DNA of 41,204 nucleotides from Planctomycetales bacterium (GCA_037445915.1 JBBIJQ010000011.1:1499-42702); one strand, 5' to 3'; shown: positions 7,415 through 16,419, counted from the first letter of the stretch. Program-made: numbers and translations. Notes: generated from the letters alone by a model not told the origin.

Positions 7415-8512
7415 ATGCCCAAACCAACGCTCATCATTACGCGCGCAGACGCAGCTTTCGGGCACGGGCATCTCACGCGTTCGCTGACGCTGGCCCCCGC
7501 GCTGCGCAGGGAAGGGGTGCGCACAGAAGTGCTGCTGCTCGGAGATGAGCCCGCGCTGTTACACACTTACGTCAGGCGGGAGAAAGTGAAGTTCTTCCCC
7601 AGCTGGGAGTTGAGCTATGCATTACGGCGCCAGCAGTTGGCGCAGGCTATCAGCGAGCTATTTCCCGAAGAAAGGCCGCAGCTCGTAATCTTTGACATGT
7701 ATGACTTCGCCGACACGTATTGGGCGCGGCGGTTTTTCGGCGAGCAGTTCCCCGACGCGGTATTCGTGGGACTGGACATCTACAATCGTTCCAAACGCGA
7801 GCCCTTCCCGGAGCGCGAGGCTTACAAGCCAGTTGCGTTCAGCCTAATCATCAATTCGCTGCTTGCGCCCTTCGGGGCGCAAGAGAGCGAAGCCGATGGG
7901 GTCAGGCTGCTTTACGGGACGGATTACCTCATCCTCCCGCCGGAACTCGCTGCTTCACCCAAGTGGGAACCGTCCAGAATAGATGCGCCTATTCCCGTTA
8001 TTTTCAGTTCCAACTTGAGACTTGACCAGGCGGTTAACCAGGTGTTGCTTCCGGCACAAAATGTGATGCGTTCCCTCAAGGAGCTTCACTGCCGACGGTT
8101 CGTTACCCACGCCACCTTCCCCGACATGATTGAGCGTTACACCGGAAAGAACACAGAGGTTAGGCCGCTGGTTCCGCCAGAGGATATTTACAATCTGCTT
8201 GCGGGCTCGCCTTGCGCCGTCGTTTCAGCGGGAACGGTGCTCTACGAAGCAGCACACTTAGGGGTGCCGGTAGCAATCGTTCCAGCAGTGGCACACGAAC
8301 AAGTCACGGCACGGAAATTCGCCGATGCGGGTTATGGCATCTACATTGATGGGAGAAGTAACGCCGCGATGCAACTGCGCGAAGCGGTAACAAAGCTTAC
8401 GCAGCGTGAGTTCGCGTTAGGGCAATCGGATGCCGGGCGCAAGCTGGTTGACGGCAAGGGTCTTGAGAGGGTGCTGCGCGAGCTGCGCGGTATTGCCTGC
8501 GTTAGCGATTAG
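7415..8512 (+). CDS. PseG/SpsG-like GT-B fold protein (nucleotide-sugar hydrolase/glycosyltransferase)
   Basis: RADAAFGHGHLTRSLTLA N-terminus; VSAGTVLYEAAHLGVP; LVDGKGLERV C-terminus. Confidence 0.75.
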   Translation: MPKPTLIITRADAAFGHGHLTRSLTLAPALRREGVRTEVLLLGDEPALLHTYVRREKVKFFPSWELSYALRRQQLAQAISELFPEERPQLVIFDMYDFADTYWARRFFGEQFPDAVFVGLDIYNRSKREPFPEREAYKPVAFSLIINSLLAPFGAQESEADGVRLLYGTDYLILPPELAASPKWEPSRIDAPIPVIFSSNLRLDQAVNQVLLPAQNVMRSLKELHCRRFVTHATFPDMIERYTGKNTEVRPLVPPEDIYNLLAGSPCAVVSAGTVLYEAAHLGVPVAIVPAVAHEQVTARKFADAGYGIYIDGRSNAAMQLREAVTKLTQREFALGQSDAGRKLVDGKGLERVLRELRGIACVSD

Positions 8513-9075
8513 CGAAACGACATAGTCGTGAGAATGCTGCTGCTGGTCTTGCGCTGGTCATTAACTTCCAATCCTTCGGGCAAGTCTTTAGGCTTGAAGC
8601 GCGTTTCCAAGTAGATGCGGCAGTCGGCGTGAAACAAGTGGCGGTTGCGCACGGCTGATGCGAGGAAGGCGACTTCCAACGGCGTGGAAAACGGCGGGTC
8701 AACGAAAACTATGTCAATCAGCTCGCCTGGTTCCAGCGCGCGCCCAACCGCAAACAATTCGCGCGTGGCGTCAGCTTTAACAACGACGCCCCGACCATCC
8801 ACTCCCAGGCGCTTTAAGTTGGCGCGGATGTTCTCAGCCGTCTTGTAGGATTTTTCCAGAAACACCGCTTTCGCCGCGCCGCGCGAAAGCGCTTCAATGC
8901 CGACAATTCCAGAGCCTGCGAATACGTCCAGGAAGACGCAGCCCTCAACGGCTTGCAGCGTAATGATGGAGAAGACCATTTCCCGCAGGTAGTGCGTGCT
9001 GGGGCGGAATGCCGCGCCTTTGGGCAGGAATACTTCGCGCCCCTTTAGCGTGCCAGTGATGATGCGAAGGCTCAA
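8509..9075 (-). CDS. rsmD: 16S rRNA (guanine966-N2)-methyltransferase
   Basis: LRIITGTLKGR, RPS..LRE.VF, LDVFAGSG..GIEALSRGA, DIVFVDPPF; RBS GGGAGG before TTG. Confidence 0.93.
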   Translation of the reverse strand: MSLRIITGTLKGREVFLPKGAAFRPSTHYLREMVFSIITLQAVEGCVFLDVFAGSGIVGIEALSRGAAKAVFLEKSYKTAENIRANLKRLGVDGRGVVVKADATRELFAVGRALEPGELIDIVFVDPPFSTPLEVAFLASAVRNRHLFHADCRIYLETRFKPKDLPEGLEVNDQRKTSSSILTTMSFR

Positions 9076-9107
9076 GGCAACCTCCCGCCGCGCGGCAAAG
9101 ACCTGAG

Positions 9108-10208
9108 TTACCCGCCCTGCGCGAGCTTGCGCTGGCAGGCTATAAATGTGTCGGCGAAACGGTAGCAGTCCACCGGGTTCGCCGGGACGGTCGCGCGCAG
9201 CCAGGTCGGAAGCCCTGCGCCCTTTTGCGGCCGCACGAAGACGCCGTGCTCGTTCATCAGGTTTGCCAGCGCAACGCTATCCACGCCTGCGTCAAAGAGC
9301 AGGAAGTTAGTATGGCTGGGGATAGGGTGGAAGCCGTATTCTTCAAGCAGTTTTGCCATCAGCCCTCGCGCTTCAATCGCCGCAGAGACCGATGCCTTAA
9401 GATAATCCTCATCGTCCAGCGCTGCGAGCAGCCCCGCCTGCGCCATAATGTTCACGTTGAAGGGCATGCGAACCTTGTAAAGGGCTGCGATGACGTCCTT
9501 GTGCGCGATGACCGTCCCGATGCGCAAGCCTGCAAGCCCGAAAACTTTGCTGAAGGTGCGCAGGACGATGACATTGCCGTTCTTGCGCATATGCTCTAGG
9601 CCGCTGCAATATCCTGGGTCGGTGACAAAGTCAAAGTAGGCCTCGTCATGCACGAGAATGGCGCGCCCGGCGATATCGCTGATGAGCTTCTCAACTTCCG
9701 GGCGGCGCACAATCGTGCCGCACGGGTTGTTAGGGTTGTCCAGCCAGACTATTTTGGTGCGCTCATTCACCGCCGCCGCAAGCCCTTCGGTGTCAGGCGT
9801 CATATCCTTCTTCACGGCCGCCTTTACTAGCTTGGCGTTTTGGATAGCCCCGGCAATGTTGAAGATTGGGAAGCCGGGGTTGCTAACTACGATTTCGTCG
9901 CCTTCGCTGGCGAACGCCTGGCTGATGTAGAAAATAGCTTCGGCGCAGCCTGCAACCGGCATGAAGTTCTCAATCTCCAGGTTAAGCTTTGCCGCCAGTT
10001 TTTCCTTCACGGCGAGGCAGCCGTCGTCGGGGTAGTAATGCACAGTCTCGGCGGCCTTCTTCAGCGCTTCAACGACGGATTTCGGGGGGCCAAGCAGGTT
10101 TTCGTTGCTGGCGAGCTTGAGAATGTTCTTCGCTTCCCGCAGCGCCTTGCCGGGAACGTAAGGTTGGAGCGCGCTCAGGTGCGGGCGCACAAGCTTCAGA
10201 AAGTCCAT
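9108..10208 (-). CDS. hisC: Histidinol-phosphate aminotransferase
   Basis: PYVPGK, KLASNEN, YPD, NPNNPCG, DEAY, LRTFSKVFGLAGLRIG. Confidence 0.92.
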   Translation of the reverse strand: MDFLKLVRPHLSALQPYVPGKALREAKNILKLASNENLLGPPKSVVEALKKAAETVHYYPDDGCLAVKEKLAAKLNLEIENFMPVAGCAEAIFYISQAFASEGDEIVVSNPGFPIFNIAGAIQNAKLVKAAVKKDMTPDTEGLAAAVNERTKIVWLDNPNNPCGTIVRRPEVEKLISDIAGRAILVHDEAYFDFVTDPGYCSGLEHMRKNGNVIVLRTFSKVFGLAGLRIGTVIAHKDVIAALYKVRMPFNVNIMAQAGLLAALDDEDYLKASVSAAIEARGLMAKLLEEYGFHPIPSHTNFLLFDAGVDSVALANLMNEHGVFVRPQKGAGLPTWLRATVPANPVDCYRFADTFIACQRKLAQGG

Positions 10209-10213
10209 TAGGT

Positions 10214-10618
10214 TTAGCCCTCCTTGAACTCGAAGTCGTCCTTGACGCCGGTCAGGAAGTCAAGGTTGCGGTTGCGTATCCACATATCGTAAAACTCGCT
10301 GGCTGTCCTGCAACGCAGCTCTTCCAGGAAACGCTCGCGGCACACGTCAATGCGCCTCTTGTCCTGCGAGAAGTAAAACATATCATCCGGCCGCAGGCTG
10401 AACTTGTCGCGCAAAATGAGCTTGTACATCTTCGGCGGAACTTCAATTTCCAGTTCGGTTCGCGGCGGCAAGTTCTCCACTTTCTCGGCGACCGCCCAGC
10501 GCACATAAGCAGGATCCCTGGGGTCAAGCCCTTCGCGCAGGCTGTAAAGCAATTCACAACCCTTGCCGATCTTGCCGGTGAAGAGGAAACCAAGTGTAGT
10601 CATCAGTTTAGCGAACAT
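10214..10618 (-). CDS. Hypothetical protein, first gene of the hisC-rsmD unit
   Basis: 134-aa ORF with TATAAT and AAGGA upstream; 5 nt from hisC. Confidence 0.75.
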   Translation of the reverse strand: MFAKLMTTLGFLFTGKIGKGCELLYSLREGLDPRDPAYVRWAVAEKVENLPPRTELEIEVPPKMYKLILRDKFSLRPDDMFYFSQDKRRIDVCRERFLEELRCRTASEFYDMWIRNRNLDFLTGVKDDFEFKEG

Positions 10619-10658
10619 AATAGTCCTTGGATCTGATTATATGCTAAGACTTAGCGGT

Positions 10659-11738
10659 TTACAAGGATAGGCGCACGGCGCGCTTCCCGTGTTTCACCAT
10701 CAGCGCCTGCGCCCCCAGGCGGCGAAGCAGCGGAATGCGGCTTAGGCGCGCTTTTATGATATTCCGCCGCAGCTCGCCTATCTCGTCTGACAGCCCACGG
10801 CGATACTGCAAGTGAACCTCTTCTGGGGAACGCTCCAGCGCAATCGCGGCGGCGCGGCCAGAGGCGAGTGCATAGCTAATGCCGTCGCCGCTGCTGGGGC
10901 TGGCCAGCCCCGCAGCTTCCCCGCAGATTAGAATTCTGCCGCTTCCAAGGCGAATGTCATGAATGTTCGCGATGCTAGCCAAACGGCATCCCCGGTAGTC
11001 CACCGGCTGCGCGTCTATACCCAACGAGCGCAAATGTGCGAACAAAGGCGCTAGCCGCTGTTCTGCAGTTGAGCGCTCTTCTGTTGAAAACGCAGCCCCC
11101 ACTTCGCACTCGCCGGCGGTTTTGGGAATGTGCCAGCCGAAGAATGGCGTCCATCCCGTCTTGAACACTGAGATGAAATGCGGGTATGCACTGGCCGTAT
11201 TACATCGCGCTTGGAAGGAATGCAAGTGCGGAGCAAGCGGAAGCTTCAAGCGCTTCCGCGCTAGCTGCCGCCAGCCGGTGCAGTCAACCAACCATCCTGC
11301 GCGCACTGTCTTCCCGCCAATGCCGGCTTCAACCGCCCCGTCAAGTTCGCGCAGCCACTCCACTTGGGTACGCGGTAACCACTCGGCATCCCCGCCGTGC
11401 GCTTCAAGCGCCATCCTGAGAAGCCACGCGTCAAGCTCCCCGCGCTTACAGTTGGCATATTGAACAGGGAAGCGAGCGCGAAATTGGTTATCAATGTCGT
11501 GCATCTCAAGCCCTGCGCTAAACGGCTCGGCGCGCAGGCGTTGAGGAAGCTCAGGCAGAAGCGCCTGCGCTTGCTTCGTGAGCAGCCCGCCGCAAAGCTT
11601 TGGCTTGCGTGCTGTATCCAGCGGGTCGCCGGAGTCAACCGCCAGCGCGCGCATTCCCAATGGCAGGTGGCGCAACGCCCATGCGCCTGCAGGGCCGCAT
11701 CCGGCGATGATGACATCGTAATCAAGGAGTGCGCTCAA
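10659..11738 (-). CDS. FAD-dependent oxidoreductase (geranylgeranyl reductase/CbrA-like)
   Basis: DVIIAGCGPAG, KLCGGLL, RGELDAWL, CGEAAGLASPSSGDGISYAL; TTG 11738 overlaps upstream stop. Confidence 0.88.
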   Translation of the reverse strand: MSALLDYDVIIAGCGPAGAWALRHLPLGMRALAVDSGDPLDTARKPKLCGGLLTKQAQALLPELPQRLRAEPFSAGLEMHDIDNQFRARFPVQYANCKRGELDAWLLRMALEAHGGDAEWLPRTQVEWLRELDGAVEAGIGGKTVRAGWLVDCTGWRQLARKRLKLPLAPHLHSFQARCNTASAYPHFISVFKTGWTPFFGWHIPKTAGECEVGAAFSTEERSTAEQRLAPLFAHLRSLGIDAQPVDYRGCRLASIANIHDIRLGSGRILICGEAAGLASPSSGDGISYALASGRAAAIALERSPEEVHLQYRRGLSDEIGELRRNIIKARLSRIPLLRRLGAQALMVKHGKRAVRLSL

Positions 11739-14164
11739 ACCGGCCAATCGTGCCCAAACTCATCGTTTGCCTGAATGAAGAATAAAGCTCCTCCCGCATC
11801 CGCCACGCCAAAGGCGATAGCGGGCCGGCCGTTCACTTCAAGCAGCGCAACATTGTCGCGGATTCTGCCCGCAGTGGGAATCTCTATTGCCTCTCTCCAA
11901 TTCTCGCCTCTCACATCTTCGGAAACGGTGTAATAGAGGCGGCGGCCGTCCGCCGGCCCGTCTGCGTAAGCCACAGCCGGCCTCCCGCTGATTATCGCAA
12001 AACCCATCTGTCCGGAGCAGTCATCTATCCATTCGTCCAAAGGCACCTTCTTTGACCATCCCTGGCCCTTCTCGTCGTCCGAGCGCATGTAATAAAGCGC
12101 GCGCGGCAGTTCGCCGCCAATGCGCCAGACTAATGCCGGATGGCCTTCAACCAGCGCGAGAGCGGAACTGTTGGATACGCCCTCAATCTTCACGCCAGGT
12201 TCCCATTGCGTTCCTAATTCGTCCGACGACAGGAAGAACAGCGTTTCCGCCCGGTCCAGGCTCAGCAGTATTCCCGGACGGAAGGGCAGGTTAATCCCGT
12301 CGCCGACTATCTTCATATCGCAACTGCCTATATGGGTGTTGGTAAAGCTGGATGTCACAACCACCGGGGTCTCCGGCCACCTGTCTCCGTTTAGATCTTC
12401 CGAGTGGTAATAAAGCAGCGATGTGGCGCCATATGAGTTCTCCGGTATCGCCAGAGCCGGCCGTTTGTCCACAATCAGCAAGCTGCTGGGCGCGTTATCT
12501 GTCCCCATAGTACTCCACACCTGGACAGGGGTGTTCCATTCCTTGCCGTCTTTGCCGAGGGCACGCGCAAACTTCACATCCGCCTTCTCAATAAGAAAGC
12601 CAATAGTATTGCTGATGGCTGGGTGTCCATTAGCCACCACAAGGTTGTTGTGCCTGCCGGGGAATGCGCCTTCAGCGGAAAACGCTTGCACCGGCGGGTT
12701 CCAGAACACTCCGTTAGCGTCTCCTGCCCTGACAAAGAAGCAGCTTGGGTTTTCATTCCCCGGCGGGTCGATCTTTCGTTGGTAAGCGATAGCAGGATTG
12801 CCGTCGACAATTGCCAAGCTTACATAGTCCCCGCCAATTGCGTCCACAACAACTGCGCCTTGCGGCGTGTCAGTCACCATAAGCGTGAAGTCAAAGGTGT
12901 CTATTCCGGCGGCGTTGGTGACAGTAAGGCTTGCGTAGTAAAGATTTGATGAGTTCGCTAGTGTCACAAATGGACTTGCCTCAAAGGGCGTGTTTGGCGT
13001 TGCCCCGCCGCCGAAGTTCCAAGCGTAAGCAAGCGGAGGAGTGCCCGTCACACTCGCGGTGAACTGAACAGGCGTATTCTTCATCCCGCCCAACGGCGCA
13101 ACCGAGTTAATCACCGGCGCTTCCAACGGCACGTCGTTTACATTCAGCGTAAACTGGTAATTGTCCGCGCCAGCAGCGTTAGATGCCCACACGTTAACCG
13201 TATATTCCCCCACCGCGCCGAGAGTGGCTGTCACTACATGTCCGATCGGAGTGTTAGGCGTTGCACCACCGCCAAAGTTCCAGGTCACGGTGATGGGCGT
13301 AGTGCCAGTCGTAGACGCAACAAAGACTATCTGCGCGCCGGTTGTGCCCTCTGCAGGCGTTACTCCCGTAATCTCTGGAGGTGTAGGCGGGCCGCCATAA
13401 AAGACCACATTGCTCGGGTCGCCAACCTCCGCGCCATGGAAAGCGCGCACTCGGTAATACTTCCCGCTAGCCTCCGGAGTAACGTATTCAAAAGTCTTGC
13501 GCCCCATCCCGCCGCCAGTGCTGAATTCAAAAGATTGAATGCTGTTCCACGTCCCGCCAGGCGACGGCGAGTTTTGCAGCACGTATCCTTCACACCTCAC
13601 CGCGAAGTTCTGAGCGATAGGCGTGATGTCGGCGATGTCCACTTTTTCGCTACCGCTGCCGTCTATCACGCCCTGGATGGAGTTCACGTCAGCCGCGTCC
13701 TCCTGCCAGTGCATCGCTATCGGCGTGATGTCCGAGACCCCTACTATGCCATTCTGGTCGTAATCCCCCACGTTCCGGTAACGCCAGTTAAGGCGCAACT
13801 GCCCGGACTCGCTGTAAATGGCAAAGTCGTTAATTAGGTTCTTAACCCCCCTTGGCGGGGCGCTCACTACCTTTCCTGCCTGCTCGCGCAGGGCGTCCGC
13901 CAGCGCGTCCTTCAGATGCTGGAACACTCGCGCGTCCACCCCTTCAGGCGGCTGCATCGCGTCAAGTTCCTCTAACGCGGCGGCAATGTCCACCGGCTGC
14001 CCAGCGGAAGGACGGCGCAGCATCGGCGTTCCTCCGGCGAAGCAGGACGCCAGAAACGTGAGTGTCGCGCAAAAAGCAAGCAGGAGCGCGCTTGCGCGAA
14101 TGAAGCTGTGAACGGTAAACCGTGCCGTGTGCAAGGACCGCTGGTAATGCTGCATTGTCGTCAT
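11735..14164 (-). CDS. Lipoprotein: dockerin-like EF-hand pair, two PKD domains, C-terminal beta-propeller
   Basis: Lipobox LASC; GDYDQNGIVGVSDITPI / DGSGSEKVDIADITPI; WNFGGGATPN twice; repeated SLAIVDGNPAIAY-type blades with S-D-x-G-x-W turns; start may be ATG 14155. Confidence 0.85.
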   Translation of the reverse strand: MTTMQHYQRSLHTARFTVHSFIRASALLLAFCATLTFLASCFAGGTPMLRRPSAGQPVDIAAALEELDAMQPPEGVDARVFQHLKDALADALREQAGKVVSAPPRGVKNLINDFAIYSESGQLRLNWRYRNVGDYDQNGIVGVSDITPIAMHWQEDAADVNSIQGVIDGSGSEKVDIADITPIAQNFAVRCEGYVLQNSPSPGGTWNSIQSFEFSTGGGMGRKTFEYVTPEASGKYYRVRAFHGAEVGDPSNVVFYGGPPTPPEITGVTPAEGTTGAQIVFVASTTGTTPITVTWNFGGGATPNTPIGHVVTATLGAVGEYTVNVWASNAAGADNYQFTLNVNDVPLEAPVINSVAPLGGMKNTPVQFTASVTGTPPLAYAWNFGGGATPNTPFEASPFVTLANSSNLYYASLTVTNAAGIDTFDFTLMVTDTPQGAVVVDAIGGDYVSLAIVDGNPAIAYQRKIDPPGNENPSCFFVRAGDANGVFWNPPVQAFSAEGAFPGRHNNLVVANGHPAISNTIGFLIEKADVKFARALGKDGKEWNTPVQVWSTMGTDNAPSSLLIVDKRPALAIPENSYGATSLLYYHSEDLNGDRWPETPVVVTSSFTNTHIGSCDMKIVGDGINLPFRPGILLSLDRAETLFFLSSDELGTQWEPGVKIEGVSNSSALALVEGHPALVWRIGGELPRALYYMRSDDEKGQGWSKKVPLDEWIDDCSGQMGFAIISGRPAVAYADGPADGRRLYYTVSEDVRGENWREAIEIPTAGRIRDNVALLEVNGRPAIAFGVADAGGALFFIQANDEFGHDWPV

Positions 14165-14235
14165 CTCCCGAAAGCCACTTGCGTTTGGCTTATCTAATTA
14201 CACCAGTGAGTGAGCGGCAATAAAGGCAGGCTTCG

Positions 14236-15318
14236 CTAACGCCTCACCGGGGGAATGCCCTCAACAGGCAACCCATATAGCGCGTCCACCGCCACCAGGT
14301 ATTGGTTAGTTATAACCTCTGAGCCATAGCGCTGGCCGCCCTTCTTGGCATCCCAACCAGGATTTTCATATTTGCGCGTCTCGTTCCAGCGGCAATCAAA
14401 AAGCCACACCGGCTGGAGTATAGTCGGGTCTTTGCGGTAGTTGATATAAGCGAGCTTGGCGTTAAAAAGCGTCAGCGGGGGGGGCTCGTTGTTGAAGCGA
14501 TTCAGAACAATGCTCTTCGCGATTTGCAGCGAAATTCCAGCGTCGAGCGCGGCGTAGCTTTCGCCGTAAGGCTTGACATCCTTGCTCCAGAAGTAGGAGA
14601 CGTTAGCAATGTTCTTTTCGCCGTCCAGCGCGACTTGGATGTAATCATCCGCCAGCGGGACTCCGTTGCAGCTCTTTGTAAGCCGGTAAACGAACAGCTT
14701 GCCCTTCGTATGGTCAAACCACGCGTCCTCCTTGATATCAAAGCCTGTTCCAGCGTCGCCAACACCTGGAGTTAGGTCGGCGATGAATTTCTTGGCGGCT
14801 GCGACGCCTGCCTCTTTAGTGAACCGGAAGTTGTACTTGCGGTTCTGGGGCGTGCTGTCCGAGGTCTCAGTGCTCGCGGGAGCTATAACCATATTGTTTA
14901 CATACTCAAAGCCCCACGTGTATTTGTCCAGGTAAAACGAGTATCCGACAAGCGCGCCTGCCTTGTCCAGCGAGAGCCTCGGCCCTTTGTAGCGGGTTCC
15001 TTTACCATAAGCCGGGGAGCTGATGGGCTCAGTGCCCAGCGTCGCCTTTGTGTTGCGGAAGAACTTGTCATGCACCGCGCTCATGTCTGGCTGGGTGCCC
15101 CGCTTAATGAAAGCGAGCTCTGGCGCTTTGCCGCCCCACGCCTGCGGGCCGTCCTTCCAAGACGGCAGCGCGAAGTCAACGGTTATCACCATTGATTGGA
15201 GCAGCAGGTCTACCGACTTATCAGTCCCGCCTGGTTTCTGGTCTTTTGCCTGCGCGAGCGCACCCCAAGGCATTGCGGCAATAAGCAATGCAGCTAGTAA
15301 TAGCGCTTTCTTCAACAT
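14236..15318 (-). CDS. Secreted protein with FTP/PepSY-like (YcdB/YcdC-like) C-terminal region
   Basis: Signal peptide MLKKALLLAALLIAAMPWGALA; AVAAAKKF-like helix, NGVPL..DYIQVALD, LQPVWLF, VAVDALYG; start reassigned to ATG 15318 with TATAAT 6 nt upstream. Confidence 0.75.
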   Translation of the reverse strand: MLKKALLLAALLIAAMPWGALAQAKDQKPGGTDKSVDLLLQSMVITVDFALPSWKDGPQAWGGKAPELAFIKRGTQPDMSAVHDKFFRNTKATLGTEPISSPAYGKGTRYKGPRLSLDKAGALVGYSFYLDKYTWGFEYVNNMVIAPASTETSDSTPQNRKYNFRFTKEAGVAAAKKFIADLTPGVGDAGTGFDIKEDAWFDHTKGKLFVYRLTKSCNGVPLADDYIQVALDGEKNIANVSYFWSKDVKPYGESYAALDAGISLQIAKSIVLNRFNNEPPPLTLFNAKLAYINYRKDPTILQPVWLFDCRWNETRKYENPGWDAKKGGQRYGSEVITNQYLVAVDALYGLPVEGIPPVRR

Positions 15319-15366
15319 ACGCCGATTATACCTTAAAGTAAGCGGGGCGAATAAGTGCATAGATAG

Positions 15367-15838
15367 TGTCGCAGGGGGGAGTCCATCAGGATAGGGATGA
15401 CAACGCCATCCTAAGGAGGACTCCCCAGTGAGAAAGGGTATCACACAGGGCCAGTTGGAAGCGCTGACGGCGCGAAACTGGCGGATATGGGAGCAGGCTA
15501 AGGCGGGCATGAGGACGAGCGAGCTGGCGCAGGAGCATGGCGTTAGCAGGCGGACAATACAGCGCGTGAAGCGGGCAGCCAGGGAGTGCGGGAGGGTGAT
15601 AACTGCGCGCCGTCCAGGGCCCAGGCGCGGCAGCGTGAACAGCATTACGCCCGCCGTGCAGGCGCAAATGGTATGCGAGTTCAGGTGCGCAAACCCGCAT
15701 AAGGGCAATCATTACTGCCATCACGTGTTCAGGAGAAACGGGCTGCGCGTGCCTGCGCCGGTGGATATCTGGCGCATCTGGCACAGGCTCGGGCTAATAG
15801 GGCGGCGCAAGCGCAGGCAGCGGCGGCAATTAAGGTGA
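15367..15838 (+). mobile_element. Truncated IS481-like insertion sequence (HTH part of transposase only, CDS 15428-15838)
   Basis: ELAQEHGVSRRTIQR HTH, RRPGP, R.ANPH.G, IWRIWHRLGL basic tail; no DDE domain; RBS TAAGGAGG; candidate left end TGT at 15367. Confidence 0.7.
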
Positions 15839-15912
15839 CGATACAAGCTTGCAGTTCGCATCCATCTTTTCTGTGCTTAGGAGCACCGGCGAGCCCGAGT
15901 AGGCCACTTTGC

Positions 15913-16204
15913 GCGACTAAAGTATTCCTAGTGGGAACGCAAGTCCCCACCTTGGTTTAAAGGCGAGGGCGGCAAGATGGTAGCTCGCAGATCGTAGTTG
16001 GGATTTAAAGTTCAGAATTGGGAGTTGGGAGGATTCAATGACGAGCAGGCCTGGCTGACTAGCCCCGGCTCTGGCTGTAGAGCGGCCACCTGTGGGACGC
16101 CGTCGTCAGACTTGCGGGAGTCCAGAAGGCGGGGGATACGATCACGTACGGCAGATTCCAGAGCGGCACTAAAGCTAGCCAGCCTTCGGCTGGTGCCGCC
16201 TACA
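15913..16204. repeat. Cluster of degenerate GTAG-type REP-like palindromes, including an inverted doublet 16076-16204
   Basis: TGTAGAGCGGC (16076) ... GCCGCCTACA (16204); GCGGCAC-TAAA-[insert]-GTGCCGC-CTAC; GTGGGAAC-GCAA-GTCCCCAC (15931-15950). Confidence 0.6.
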
Positions 16205-16236
16205 AGTTGTTTTGAAGCTACAACAGTCGGCGCGTT

Positions 16237-16251
16237 GGCGTTATAATATCC
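16237..16251 (+). promoter_or_regulatory. -10 promoter box of tRNA-Ile
   Basis: GGCGTTATAATATCC, identical to 16405-16419. Confidence 0.7.
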
Positions 16252-16255
16252 GCGT

Positions 16256-16328
16256 GGGCCCATAGCTCAGTGGTTAGAGCAGGTGACTCATAATCACTTG
16301 GTCGCTGGTTCGAATCCGGCTGGGCCCA
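16256..16328 (+). tRNA. tRNA-Ile2(CAT, lysidine type), CCA not encoded
   Basis: Acceptor GGGCCCA/TGGGCCC; anticodon arm GGTGA-CTCATAA-TCACT; body resembles E. coli ileX as I recall it (TAGCTCAGTGGTTAGAGCAGG..ACTCATAATC..TTGGTCGCTGGTTC); no initiator features. Confidence 0.88.
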
Positions 16329-16404
16329 TTTTGCATTTCCGCCTTTACCTGAAGCAATCCCACTAGCTTCGTTGGCGCGTGAAGCGGGGCGCAAGGGCTT
16401 CGCA

Positions 16405-16419
16405 GGCGTTATAATATCC
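16405..16419 (+). promoter_or_regulatory. -10 promoter box of tRNA-Val
   Basis: GGCGTTATAATATCC, identical to 16237-16251. Confidence 0.7.

Noticed and set aside
15319-15708. N-terminal 130-aa extension of ORF 14236..15708 (likewise extensions starting at 18830, 32043, 2163, 39385, 41158)
   Set aside because: Extensions run through promoters or the antisense of the IS remnant; signal peptides, RBSs or homology begin at the downstream starts
16256-16328. tRNA-Met call for the CAT anticodon
   Set aside because: No initiator features (no C1 mismatch, no GGG/CCC anticodon stem) and the body resembles Ile2; elongator Met is not fully excluded
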